Source: Octopus sinensis
Lineage: Eukaryota
Length of the DNA: 64,000 bases
Direction: 5' to 3'
Assembly (NCBI RefSeq): GCF_006345805.1
Contig: NC_043001.1
Coordinates: 84,506,001 to 84,570,000 of the forward strand
Shown here piece after piece: positions 13,071 through 25,749 of this stretch (its first letter is position 1; every line of letters begins with the position of its first letter). Under the pieces are notes generated by a model. The model saw only the letters and a program-made list of their open reading frames with translations, had not been told where the DNA came from and did no database searches. A program made the translations under genes and the position numbers.

Positions 13071-13797
13071 CCACTTCACCCTACGTGGATACCCCCTCAC
13101 CACTATCCACACCGCCCTTGCCAGAGCACGTTCCGTGGACCGTGTATCTGCTCTCTCTCCCCGAACCCGCCCTGTAGTCTCCCGCCTCCCTTTTCCCCTC
13201 ACTTACCACCCCACGACCCTACGTCTCCAACGCACCATTCTTCGAGCTTTCCGTCATCTCCAGTCCGACCCGTCCACTTCACACCTCTTCCCTAACCGAC
13301 CCATCCCCTCTTTCAAACGAGCCCACAACCTTCGAGACCTTTTGGTCCATAGCTCCTTCCCTGACCCTACCTCCCAACCCGGCTCGTTCCCCTGCTCCCG
13401 CCCATGTTGCCGCACTTGCCCTTACCTCTCCAACACCATCCGCATCACTAGCACCCACCATCGACCCTATCCCATCATCCACTCCTTCACCTGCCCCTCC
13501 AGCAATATTATCTATTGCGTCTCTTGCTCTCTCTGCAATTCCTTGTACATCGGACAAACGGGACGCCGCTTGGCTGACCGGTTCGCGGAACACCTTCGTG
13601 ACATCCACCTTGCGAACAACACACCGGTCTCACGCCATTTCCGCTCCACCGGTCACTCCTTGCAACACCTATCTGTGTTCGGTTTGTCCTTACACAGAGG
13701 CCATCCGGATTCCCGTTTGCGCCGTGAACAGGAATTAATCTTCTCTCTTCGCTCTTATACGCCATTTGGTCTCAACTCTCCCCCCCTCCTCATCTAA
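13067..13797 (+). CDS. PLE ORF C-terminal fragment (RT thumb, Zn-linker, GIY-YIG endonuclease), uninterrupted but 5'-truncated
   Basis: ORF track 13006..13797; the first ~20 codons are (TA)n. Confidence 0.7.
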
Positions 13798-14616
13798 CCC
13801 CCTCTCCCCCCTCCTCACATATCCTTCCCCCCGACCCCTACTTCTTCAGACCTTCATCCTTTCACCCCTACTCCCCTTCCCTTCTTCCCTCTTTCTCCCT
13901 CCCTCCTTCCCTCTTCCCCTTCCCTCTGCTCCCTCACTCCCCTTCTCTCTCCCCCTCTTTCCTCCTCCCCCTCCTCCTCCCCCTCCTTCTCCTCCTCCTC
14001 TCCTCTTCCCCCTCTCTCCCCTCTTCTTCCCCTCCCCTTCTTCCCCTCCCCTTCTCCCCCTCCCCTCTTCTCCTCACTACACCACACGACTTTACACATC
14101 ACATCATATATGATGTGCCATACTAATACATACACCAACTAATACATACTAATACGTACTAATACATACTAATACATACTAATACATACACACGTCCAGA
14201 CCCCTCATACGCACTTATACTCTCTCATACACACACACTTATACATACTAATACGTACTAATACATACTAATACATACTAATACATACACCAACCCCATA
14301 CATACGCCTGTCCAGACCTATCCTACGCACTAATACTCTCTCATAGATACACACACACACACCCTTATACATACTAATACATACTAATACATACACCAAC
14401 CCTATACATACACACGTCCAGACCCCTCCTACGCACTAATAGGTGGTCATTCAACCCTATTATCAACCCTATTATCTCCCCTTATTTCGCTCTCGCGTCT
14501 CATGTTTGATCTTTGACTTCTGGCCGAAATCAGATCGCCATGTTGATTCGTTAGTTACTGCACGCATTTTTTTTCTCTCCTTCTTTCTGTGTTTTTTTTT
14601 TTTTTCTCTCTGTGTA

Positions 14617-14654
14617 TCTTTCTGTTGAAGAGCGTAGGCTCGAAACGTTAAAGA
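14617..14654 (+). ncRNA. Minimal hammerhead-like motif with non-canonical core (CUGUUGA)
   Basis: TCTTT-CTGTTGA-A-GAGC(GTAG)GCTC-GAAA-CGT-T-AAAGA; stem III is the ACGU palindrome (dimer type). Confidence 0.55.
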
Positions 14655-14750
14655 CTTGTTTTATTTATATTTCCTGAGCGCCATACTAATACAATTGTTT
14701 GTTTGTTTTCCACCTGCCTTCGTCTTTTGTCTATTTTCATAAAGCTTCCC

Positions 14751-14856
<106 letters not shown>

Positions 14857-14872
14857 CATATATATATATATA

Positions 14873-15292
14873 GGCGCAGGAGTGGCTGTGTGGTAAGTTG
14901 CTTGCTAACCAACCACATGGTTCCGGGTTCAATCCCACTGCGTGGCATCTTGGGCAAGTGTCTTCTGCTATAGCTCCGGGCCGACCAATGCCTTGTGAGT
15001 GGATTTGGTAGATGGAAACTGAAAGAAGCCTGTCGTATATATGTATATATATATGTATGTGTGTGTGTTGTTTGTGTGTCTGTGTTTGTTCCCCTAGCAT
15101 TGCTTGACAACCGATGCTGGTGTGTTTACGTCCCCGTCACTTCGCGGTTCGGCAAAAAGAGACCGATAGAATAAGTACTGGGCTTACAAAAAGAATAAGT
15201 CCCGGGGTCGATTTGCACGACTAAAGGCGGTGCACCAGCATGGCCGCAGTCAAATGACTAAAACAAGTAAAAGAGTAAAGAGTAAAAGAGTA
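14873..15292 (+). mobile_element. Full-length SINE family A
   Basis: tRNA-like head, central (GT) tract, LINE-like 3' stem-loop and AAGAGT tail. Confidence 0.85.
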
Positions 15293-15293
15293 T

Positions 15294-15329
<36 letters not shown>

Positions 15330-15403
15330 ATTATTTGAAGGCATATAAATCCTAACTTACAGGGGAAAAATTCAATTTAGAAATATTAAATCAAATTTCG
15401 CAC

Positions 15404-15454
<51 letters not shown>

Positions 15455-15461
15455 ATATGAA

Positions 15462-15781
15462 ATTAGAAAGAACCTTTTATCAATTGAAAATGAACAATTA
15501 AATTACACCATGTAGAAAATTACATATAATAGAAATATTAAAATTAAAATAATAAAATACCATGATTAAGTAAATTGCAAAAAATAATAAAAACGTATAT
15601 AATTGGTATATATATAAAACCAATTATATACGTTTTTTGTTATTTTTTGCAATTTACTTAATCATTGGTATTTTATTGTTATTTTAATTTTAATATTTTT
15701 AATATTTCTATTATATGTAATTTTCTAGATGGTGTAACTTAATTGTTTATTTTGAATAGATAAAAGGAGGTTCTTCCTAAT
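15462..15781. repeat. AT-rich fold-back palindrome
   Basis: Imperfect ~155-bp arms centred near 15612, flanked by (TA)n. Confidence 0.8.
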
Positions 15782-15783
15782 AT

Positions 15784-15817
<34 letters not shown>

Positions 15818-15965
15818 ATATATACATGCATATATATATATGCATATATATATATATATACGTATTTCTATTTTCGAAAATCAGTGAATGTGTTTCACTG
15901 AATATATATATATACAAAACTTTCGAACGAAGGACATCAGTGACCCCTGCTGGACTCGGCTGTTT

Positions 15966-16005
15966 CACATTGATAGGGGGAAATCTACTCCGAAACCGGT
16001 CTGTG
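15966..16005 (+). ncRNA. Degenerate minimal hammerhead motif
   Basis: CACA-TTGATAG-GGGG..CTCC-GAAA-CCGG-TC-TGTG: stems present, 5' core mutated. Confidence 0.35.
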
Positions 16006-16205
16006 GGTGCCAAGCCAGCAAAGAGAAGTTGATGACCTCCTCTTTTCGAAGGTTGATGGACACAGGTTCGTGCGTCATCTACCTAGTTGGAGTCGATCGC
16101 CTCTCGGAGCTAGACAACAGCAGCATTCGTCCTATTCCTATGGACTGCCACGTTAGTTTGGCAATAAAAATTATAAATATACACACACACGCATATATAT
16201 ATGTA

Positions 16206-16240
<35 letters not shown>

Positions 16241-16259
16241 TATTATTATATTATTATTA

Positions 16260-16296
<37 letters not shown>

Positions 16297-16689
16297 TATG
16301 TATAAACATTAATATATATATATCATATATCATATATATATATGTATATTACACACACACATATATATATATATTATATATATATATATATATACATATA
16401 TATATCTATATATATGCCTATTTTCCTCTAATAGGGCAAGTGGTTAACTGACAAACTAAAATGTAATTAGAAGCCATAGAGCTCTAACAAGTTTAACCAT
16501 TAGTCGATTACCAATTAAACTGGTCCGTTTGTAACTATAAAGCATGGTGGGTCGGGTCACAGAGTTGATATTTTTCTATAATTACGTTCCCGAATTACTA
16601 CTTGGGTGGGTGCCAGGGATGATGGTAAACTGTGAGAATGTGTATTAATTGGACATTATCGCCAGGATCTTTGTTAGACAGTCACTTCA

Positions 16690-16711
16690 CTTTCGTCATC
16701 AACTCCATCAC

Positions 16712-16758
<47 letters not shown>

Positions 16759-16920
16759 CTTGCATCACAATCATGATCGTCATCAACATCATCGTTACAG
16801 TTATCATTCACCATCGTCGTCGTCGTCGTCACCATCATCATTATTGTTATCATCATCATTATCATCATCAATGTCACCATTATCGTCATCGCCAACACCA
16901 CCACCACCATCACCACCACC

Positions 16921-17001
<81 letters not shown>

Positions 17002-17275
17002 CAACCACCACCACGATCAACATTATCAATATCTTTGTAGTCGTCATTATCATCATCGACATTATCATGATGAGCAGCACCACCACCTCCACTTCCAGCG
17101 TCATCATTATTGTCAACAACACTAACATTGACACCAACAATACCATCGTATTCGCCGTCGACGTTCTCCTCCTCCTCCCCCTCCTCCTCCTATCATCATC
17201 ATCATCATCATCATCATCACCTTTATCATCATTAACATCATCACATCATCATCGTCATCATTGTCATCATCATCA
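16690..17275. repeat. Compound trinucleotide microsatellite (CAT/CGT/CAC/CAA/CCT)
   Basis: Direct reading. Confidence 0.95.
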
Positions 17276-17359
17276 CCCTGGAAGTAGCAATTGGTTTTGA
17301 TTCCGGTTTGGGAGTTCTAACGCTAATTATTATCATTTTAACGTTCTATGGATTCTTAC

Positions 17360-17527
17360 ATCATGTCTAAGTATGAAGTAGGTGCTGGATGGGCGCGGGG
17401 GAATGCAAGACGTGCTGTGTGTTGTAAAAAGAGGTGTTGGTACTGGTGTTATTGTGGCGTTGGTGGTGGTCAACGTGGTGGCTGTGTTAGCATGTTGAGA
17501 GTTACATGCAGTTTTATTATCTGCGTC
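17360..17527 (-). other. Candidate 168-nt exon (Thr/Pro-rich, open only in phase 0)
   Basis: TTTGTAG acceptor, GAT|GTAAGA donor; reads DADNKTACNSQHANTATTLTTTNATITPVPTPLFTTHSTSCIPPRPSSTYFILRHD. No homology recognised. Confidence 0.25.
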
Positions 17528-17701
17528 CTACAAATTGGGTTATACGACACCAGGAAATACTTTACTCATGAAAAATCACATGAAGACATATGCCACCATT
17601 TCACACCACCCGTATATACAGTTCATAACAGTGCAAACATGCAGATAGTAACTATATAACCTCACATAATTCCTTGTGTATGATGTATATGTATATGTAT
17701 A

Positions 17702-18178
17702 TTTCAGCTTCACCCACAATATGGCCTCTTTGAAATCCATTCAGTTCCGAGGTGTCTTTTGTACATGCCATGATTAAGCAGTTACATATTGAACCTGAAA
17801 CGCAAAAATGTCAATAAAAAATATAAACTTTTACAAGTTTAAAATAAATATAAAACGATTTTTTATGTGGTATCTACTTTTTTCATGTGTGTGTATATGC
17901 AATTATGCAGAGAGTAACCTAGCGCTTTAGCCTAGTTCTATTTGCTTTTGTTGCTAAATTGTCAGGCTGACCTGAGCGAGTGACACAAAGTAATACCACG
18001 ACTGTCGCGAGTGTTCCGATCCAAAAGCCCGCGCATCAGGTGAAAATCTGTGAAGCAGAAACAGTATTGTATTGTATGTTATTTTTCTTTTTCTTTTCAC
18101 AATTTGTATATATTCATTTTATTGTAAATGCAAGACATCACCACGTAGGAATTGACGTAAGCTTAAATAATAAACCGC
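17702..18178 (-). repeat. Inverted duplicate of 18941-19416
   Basis: About 476 bp, high identity by visual alignment. Confidence 0.9.
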
Positions 18179-18262
18179 CTCAGCTGCGATTATTAGCAGC
18201 AAAATTCCATTCTTTCAAACAACACGCTGACGCCTTAAAATTGAAAGGACTTACTTGAACTA

Positions 18263-18828
18263 TTGGGTCGTCCGGAAAGTTCGTGCCGATTTTTAAAGGA
18301 AAGAAAAAAGGTCAATAAATACTTGCCATTACATTTTTGATCAACCAAATATGAACCATTTTGTTGCACAATGCGTCTCCATCTTTCCTTTAACTTGAAA
18401 ATACCCTCTTCCGAATACTGAGGTGGTTTCATAGCAAATAATTCATCAAGGTATCTTTTTATGTCATCCAAGGAATTGACATTTTTACCATTAAGATTAT
18501 TCTGCAGAGACCTGAATAAGTAGAAATTCGAAGGAGCAATATCTGGTGAATATGGAGGGTGGGGTAACATATCCCAGACGTGCCGCAGCAATTTTTTCTG
18601 GTTCCCAAACCATCAAGTGCCGAAAATGAACTTTCTTATCTTCCATTTTAAAGGGTTACATAATTAACACAGATTATAGGAACATAAATCTTCTTTCACG
18701 AAAAGATAGCTTAAACTTTGCTCTAAATGGAGGTGTAAGCAAATCCTATTTTATGGACTTAACCATGTTCTAAAATAGGTCGAAATGTAAGGTACTATAA
18801 ATGCGCATGAACTTTCCGGACAACCCAA
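18263..18828 (-). mobile_element. Internally deleted mariner element with TIRs and TA TSD
   Basis: TIRs TTGGGTCGTCCGGAAAGTTC / GAACTTTCCGGACAACCCAA, TA on both sides; peptide LPHPPYSPDIAPSNFYLFRSLQNNL..KLKERWRRIVQQNGSY. Confidence 0.9.
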
Positions 18829-18850
18829 TAGATATATATTGAATAGGGTA

Positions 18851-19135
18851 CAGTAATCCCTCGCCATATCGCGGTTTACCTCACGCGGTTTACCTCACGC
18901 GATTTACCTCACGCGGTTTACCTCACGCGGTTTACCTCACGCGGTTTATTATTTAAGCTTACGTCAATTCCTCCGTGGTGTTGTCTTGCATTTACAATAA
19001 AATGAATATATACAAATTGTGAAAATGAAAAGAAAAATAATATACAATACAATACTGTTTCTGCTTCACAGATTTTCACCTGATGCGCGGGCTTTTGGAT
19101 CGGAACACTCGCGACAGTCGTGGTATTACTTTGTG
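18851..19135 (+). mobile_element. Tigger/pogo-like MITE with internal 14-bp tandem array
   Basis: TA|CAGTAATCCCTCG..ATCGCGG left end; degenerate right end near 19120-19135; (GCGGTTTACCTCAC)x5 at 18871-18940. Confidence 0.5.
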
Positions 19136-19369
19136 TCACTCGCTCAGGTCAGCCTGACAATTTAGCAACAAAAGCAAATAGAACTAGGTTAAAGCACTAG
19201 GTTACTCTCTGCATGATTGCATATACACAGGCATGAAAGAAGTAGATACCACATAAAAAATCATTTTATATTTATTTTAACTTGTAAAAGTTTATATTTT
19301 TTATTGACATTTTTGCGTTTCAGGTTCAATATGTAACTGCTTAATCATGGCATGTACAAAAGACACCTC

Positions 19370-20110
19370 GGAACTGAATGGATTTCAAAGAGGCCATATT
19401 GTGGGTCAAGCTGAAAGTGGACATAGTGTAAAAACGCAAAAAAAAGTTTTGATCCCGCTTTTACAGTTAATATAGGGATTATACAATTCACTAGAGAGGA
19501 GTAGGAGTCCACATCACCTCAATCAGGTTGACCAGGGCCCTCTTACAGGACCCTTCCTTTTGTAAAGAGATGTGTAGAGGATAATCCTTGTTGCAATGCC
19601 TGTAACATGGCAAGACAAGTTGGTATCAGTCCCGAAACAGCTGTCAGGTATCTCCACAATCTTGGTTACTATGGCAGAACAGCAAGAAGGAAGCCACTTC
19701 TTCGATTAGCCATTATGAAGCGGAGAAAACACTGGGCCAGGGAGATGGTTGAAAGGCCATTAGCATTTTGAGACACTGTCATTCTCCAATGGATCCAGAT
19801 TTGCTCTATTTTCTGAGAGTGGTCGAATGTGGGTATGGAGACTGTGATCAAGAATTTGATGTGAAAAGATTGCATCCATCAATGAAACACGCCAGCTATT
19901 CTGTGATGGCCTGGAAAGCAATGGTCGATAAGAGCTAGTGGAATGTGAGGGAAACATAAACCCAGATAAATATATGTCTATATTGCAGAAAGTACTTCTT
20001 CCAATCTTCTCAAGTGGGGAAATGATTAAAGAAGACTAATTATGGAAGTCAGAGTTCCTTGTCACACGGCTAAAATAGCCCAAGATTTGCTGGAAGAGAA
20101 TGGCATTAAA
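19370..20110 (+). pseudogene. Tc1-like transposase pseudogene
   Basis: RGHIVGQAESG..VGISPETAVRYLHNLGYYGRTARRKPLL..KRRKHWAREM..ELVECEGNINPDKYMSILQKVLLP..PCHTAKI; frameshifted. Confidence 0.85.
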
Positions 20111-20129
20111 AATGGGATTAAAGATAGCA

Positions 20130-20242
20130 TAAAATGTGCTCTAAATGGAGGTGTAGCCAAATCCTATTTTATGGATTCAACCATGTTCTAAAATAAGTCG
20201 AAAGGTAAGCTACTATAAATCGGCATGAACTTCCCGGACAAC

Positions 20243-20245
<3 letters not shown>
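20130..20245 (-). mobile_element. Terminal fragment of the same mariner family as 18263-18828
   Basis: Matches 18715-18830, including the TIR. Confidence 0.8.
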
Positions 20246-20299
<54 letters not shown>

Positions 20300-20849
20300 G
20301 TGCCTTTGTATGTATGCATGCGTGTATGTATGTATGTATGTAGTATGTATGTATGTATGTATGTATGTATGTATGTATGCATGCTTGTATGTATGTATGT
20401 ATGCATGTTACTGTTAAACGTTAACGTTCAACTAACGTGAAATAACTACACTCATCGGTATATGTGAAACAACGGAAAAGGTGTCTAGTTTCTTTTGATT
20501 GGTTCTTGTTTTTGATAAGATGATAGGAAATGAAAGACACTGAAATTAAACCGCATTATGTACACTCATCAGATGAAGGTGGAAAGCTACAGGATGCCAA
20601 CTTTATACTGAAATTTTGCAGAATTCAGAATATCATTTCTACGCGTAAAATAACTACTGCAAAATTGCATTGTGGCTTACGCCAATTTCATTGTCGCAGA
20701 TGTATATACTGTTAGAAAATTTCTTACTTCCAGCTGGTGGTGGTTGTGCTTGTCTTCTGGAATGTAACCAGTTTTCATAAACGCAAGTGTGTGTGTGTGT
20801 GTGTAGTGCACTTTTCCGTGTTGCTAAGATAAACAGAAAAAGTACTTCA

Positions 20850-21025
20850 TCTAGTGAGAGATAAATATCTTTTGATAAACGGTCTCCAGAGCCGCATCAA
20901 ACGATGGGAGAAATGTGTAACTCTGGGTGGTTCCTATGTAGAAAAAGACTAATAACTGTGCCAAGTTTCGTTGCTCTACTGCTATGGGAAGTGGGTCAGG
21001 GGCATTACTTATTGAACGCCCCTCG
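20850..21025 (-). mobile_element. Mariner terminal fragment
   Basis: rc TA|CGAGGGGCGTTCAATAAGTAATG is a mariner-type TIR. Confidence 0.55.
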
Positions 21026-21389
21026 TATATGCTAAACTGCTTATGGGTATGAAATATTTGATCATATTTCACTGTAGAATCCTCGTTTAAAACATCTGAC
21101 GGGTAAAAATAGCAAAAACATTGATTTCCAACACGAATTAGTGATACATATATGAACTATATAATTCATAGAAAACAAAATTTGAGTCAATAAACTATTG
21201 AACTAGTTAAAAGCAACAATACCGAATCCATATGTGCACACTTACATGTAACACATGTTTGTGCCCTATTATACGGTGTGTGTGTGTATGATAGAGTATG
21301 TGCATTCTGTATATTGTTTAATGTATTGTTAATTTATATTCTCTCGGATGGATTTTTCCGCTTCAAATTTTTAATACACACACACACAC

Positions 21390-21439
<50 letters not shown>

Positions 21440-21441
21440 AT

Positions 21442-21474
<33 letters not shown>

Positions 21475-21565
21475 TATATATATATATATATATATACACA
21501 CACGTCACACACGAATCTTTCTCCCCTCTCTCTATGTATACCTATATCTACGTCTATCTCTCTCT

Positions 21566-21629
<64 letters not shown>

Positions 21630-21891
21630 TCCATTTCATGCGCTTAATCAGGTCTGTAATTTTCTACAAAAGCTTCTTAGAGCATAGTTCCCTTTAATAT
21701 ATAGGTATGTTTTTCTTAGAATAATCGATGTAATAGGCGTCCATATTGGATTTTTCCGAGGAGTAGAGTCCGGCGATTTTCCAAAATAAGCTGTATTAGC
21801 CCTTAGGGAAGAATAGCGGTGTACGGGAGGTAACTTATTGATAAAAATGGTAAGACAACAAAAGAAAGATATAGTATTTTTCCGATGGCCG

Positions 21892-21952
21892 GATAACTGA
21901 AGAGATGGCGGCGTGGATTTGCACCTCGGCATCCGAAACTCGGAGTTTTATC
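21892..21952 (+). ncRNA. Near-canonical type I hammerhead motif
   Basis: GATAA-CTGAAGA-GATG..CATC(C)-GAAA-CTCGGAG-TT-TTATC; one unpaired C at the base of stem II; triplet GUU. Confidence 0.55.
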
Positions 21953-22214
21953 ATGGCTACCGAATAATTGTCACATATTACATTTACAGATATATATATA
22001 TAATATATATATTATATGTATGCATATGAATTAGAAATGGAAACCAAAACAATACATAATTAAATAATTTAATCATTAAAATATAAATTCAATTCAATTT
22101 TATTACTTTATATAAACAAATGATACATGTCATAAATTACAGTTGTTTCGACTCCATTAATATAAACAAATTTTTCAAGAATAATAAAATATCGTTTAAA
22201 TATAATGAGATTTC

Positions 22215-22450
22215 ATCAGAGCGAGGGACCAACAAAACTCCTTGTAGCACTAAAGATGACTGAAGGCAAGGATTATGGCAGCATTCACCAACTTAAATAA
22301 GGAGACTGTCCAGAAGAATTGCAGCAGATTCCGAAATCGTCTGAAGGTCGTGGTTGAAGCCAATGTCGATTTTATTGAATAAATTTATTCTTTAATATTT
22401 CAAGATATTTTCATGTAATTTTGGTAAATATATATGTTAAAATGAGATGC
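22215..22450 (+). pseudogene. maT/DD37D-like transposase C-terminal remnant
   Basis: ARIMAAFTNLNKETVQKNCSRFRNRLKVVVEANVDFIE*. Confidence 0.6.
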
Positions 22451-22826
22451 ACAACGTAAACTACACACTAGGTGGGGATCGAAACACAACTATTTTGAAG
22501 GAACCTTAATTCCACGCTATGCGCAGATTTTCAAATAGTATTTCAGATAAAATATATGAAAATTAGGGTTATGTGACAGCCCCGTGCCCCTCGCATACAC
22601 CTCCACAATTAAATACCCTAATTTTCTATATTAGTCATATCTCTAACACATATATACTAAATTGTTTATGGATATGATGCATTTAATCATGTTTCACTGT
22701 AGAAACCATGTTTAAAACATCTGATGGGTAAAGATAGCAAAAACATTGAGATATAAGACAATTGGTAAGTAGGTACCTCTCCAACATGGCAAAATTACAA
22801 CTTTTCAGTGTATGTTAAATGTTGAA

Positions 22827-23065
22827 TGTGGAGGCGCGTGGCTTAATGGTTAGGGTGTCAGAATCATGATCGTAAGATTGTGGTTTCGATTCCTGGACCG
22901 GACGACACATTGTGTTCTGCGACAAAACACTTCATGTCATGTTGCTCCAGTCCACTCAGCTGGCAAAAATGAGTAACGCTGTGATGTTCCAGCTGGGGAT
23001 CACATACGCCATAAAAACCGGGAAACCGGGCCCATGAGCCTGGCTAGGCTTTAAAAGGGCGCAAA
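22827..23065 (+). mobile_element. tRNA-derived SINE family C
   Basis: TGGAGGCGCGTGGCTTAATGGTTAGGG..GGTTTCGATTCC head; similar to 24865-25121. Confidence 0.8.
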
Positions 23066-24864
23066 AAAAACCATTTGTTGAATATCACAAAAATATCTAC
23101 ATAAATTTAAACAGTAATAATTTAAGTATATAAAATCATGTAATGGCAACTAGAAGTAAAAACTGTAATTCAGCATTTAGGTTCCCTATAGAATTTCCTA
23201 CAGCAATGACCCCATCAACGTCTGTTGTATTCCGATACTATTTATACATAAGAAAACGGGAAGAGCAGATATCAAAAACTTCACCTACAGTGAAAGAATG
23301 CTACCGGATTGTTGCTGCCGAATTGCAAACAATATGGGACAAATTTTCCTTTCTTTATATTGGGTTCGAAGGAATAGATCTAAAAATTGAGTGGTTGAAT
23401 TAATCTACTTAAAAATTAAGCGAAATACCTATCAAGCAAAGAGGAGATAGTATTGATAAAAACTTTAGATGAGTTCAATGAAATGTTTGATATATGAACC
23501 TGTACATGTTAGGAAAAACAAATAAAAAGATCTGATTCTAGGTGTGACATAAGAATACCAATAATGGAATGGGAATTATTTATTGGAGAGAAAAATAGAC
23601 AGAATCAGCTAGGACCTGTAGATAGAGAAATAACTTCAGGTAGAAAAAGAAATGCAATAAGAGCCCAATGATTTGAAAACAGGAAGCCAAAGATTCACTT
23701 AGACATGGACGTTGCTTCAGTGCCCAAGTGATATTAATGAAGATAGTTGTCACTCATGTAACTATGATGATTATGACATCCACTTTGTTCCTGATAATGA
23801 ACTGAGAGAAAACCAACATAGCAGATTTACTTATGAGAATTTAACCATCACAGCAGATAGATATCGGATAAGTTGCAGAGCTGCTGCTACCATTGTTAAT
23901 GCAGCTTTTAGAGGTATAAGAATTTTAGATGATACAAATATGCTAGATAAGAAAGAAGTTGAAAGAGAAAGAAAAGAAATTGGAAGAAACAATATTATAA
24001 AAATGAAAACAGAAAATACAAAACTAGACTGCTCGGTTTTGATGGCAGAAAGGATGAAACTAAAACAGCAAGAAGGGTGGAAAGTGAAGAACGCTATTTT
24101 ATTTTGAAAGAGCCTGGCGATGAGTATTTAGATCATGTTTCCCCAGATAATGGAACAGCTTGTTGCATTGCAGAAGAAATTATTACTTTTTTAAATTGAT
24201 TATGACAGTCAAGAAAGTTTAAAGGCTGTATTATATTATGGAACTCCAGTAAACACTGGTCATTTAGGAGGGATAATGAAAACAATTTAATTATACTTAA
24301 ATAAACCACTTCCGTGGTTGATATGCCTGCTACATACAAATAAGCTTCCGTTTCGACACGTATTTGAATCCATAGATGGAAAAGCAACAGGACCACGAAT
24401 ATCAAAAGGCTTAATTAGCAATAAAATTAAAGAAGATGTAACAAACTTAAAGATAATCAAATTTTCACCAGTAAAAACTTAAGTGAAGGAATTGCCATTA
24501 GAAGTTGTTTATACCTTAAGCTCAGGTCAAAAATACATGTATGACGTACCTCAGTATTGAGGCAGTTAGCAGCAGGATAACCTGGTAAAATCCACCATGC
24601 AATTGGTTAACACGTGCAAAGAGAATTTTTCGCTTAGATGTTTCAGAAAAAATCCAACCCCACCAAATATTATGGATCTTGTAAAAACCATAACGCAAGT
24701 TGATGCTCCAAGCTGATTCTGGATTAAATCTCACCCAAAGTTACATGAAGAAGCAAATAATTGCACTTCTAATGCAAGATAGGAACCAAGATCATAAAGA
24801 AATCGTTAAAAGCTAATTCATATTTTTCCTATCCGAAGAATATTTTACTAACTATGCTGAATGA

Positions 24865-25121
24865 CGTGGAGGCGAGTGGCTTAGTGGTTAGGGTATCAGC
24901 ATCATGATCGTAAGATTGTGGTTTCGATTCCTAGACCGAGCGACGCGTTGTGTTCTTTATCAAAACACGTCATTTCACGTTGCTCCAGTCCACTCAGCTG
25001 GCAAAAATGAGTAACGCTGCGATGGACTGGCGTCCCGTCCAGCTGGGGGAAGACATACGCCGTTGAAACCGGGAAACCGGGCCCATGAGCCTAGCTACGC
25101 TTTAAAAGGGCGCATTTATTT
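24865..25121 (+). mobile_element. SINE family C with 12-bp TSD
   Basis: TATGCTGAATGA at 24853-24864 and 25122-25133. Confidence 0.85.
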
Positions 25122-25423
25122 TATGCTGAATGATGAAAGAAGAAAAATTAGGGAATTAGCAATTCAGTGAATTATTAAAGCAAGAACATTTACCCGAATG
25201 CTCCGGATTATGTAGATTTGGTTAACTGGGAAAATGATGTTATAACATCCGCTCCAGTTTTATGGAACTTTATAAATGTTGATCATCTTAAAGCTCGTTC
25301 AGGAACATTAACATCAATACCTCTTCCCTGTCATAGCCAAGGAGTCGAGCATGCTATCAATTTAGTAACAAAAGCTTGTGAAGTCAGAATAGGCTACGAA
25401 AATAAGCACAAATTTATATTAAA

Positions 25424-25749
25424 CTAGCAGAATTACCCGGCGTTGCCCGTGTTACATGCAATTGACTTTTCTGTTATATTTTCTGTAATGAACTGGAATA
25501 CCTATGTTTCGAATTTCATCAAAATTGCAGATGAGGGTTATTTCCCTCTTTACACATCCTAAAAGAATTGTAATCGCGCCACATGTATCCCATACTACTA
25601 ATTTTTATGCGCATATTCCAAAATTTCAGTCTTATAGAGCCTGTTGGGGATGGGCATCTTAATGTCAACCAGAGAAGTTGAATTGTCGAGAATCTTTTTA
25701 ACAGACAGACAAGCAGACACATATGCTCAGTTTTATATATATATATAGA
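25424..25749 (-). mobile_element. Non-autonomous Helitron nested in the transposase
   Basis: Minus strand TCTATATATATATATAAAACTG...GGGCAACGCCGGGTAATTCTGCTAG, inserted at A|T. Confidence 0.75.

Noticed and set aside
14873-14945. tRNA gene-like sequence (also the SINE B and C heads)
   Set aside because: Only A/B-box-like heads fused to SINE bodies; no complete cloverleaf with acceptor stem.
16632-17300. 222-aa ORF and overlapping ORFs
   Set aside because: Translation of compound trinucleotide microsatellites. The same applies to the (TA)n, (CA)n and CT-rich ORFs such as 13766-14113, 15888-16451, 53141-53605 and 62947-63581.
18871-18954. Regular short repeats (CRISPR-like?)
   Set aside because: Head-to-tail 14-bp tandem with no unique spacers, in eukaryotic transposon context; no cas genes.
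19625-19650. CCCGAAACAGCTGTCAGG resembling a hammerhead 3' half
   Set aside because: Lies in the Tc1 coding frame (ISPETAVR) and has no upstream CUGANGA or stem II.
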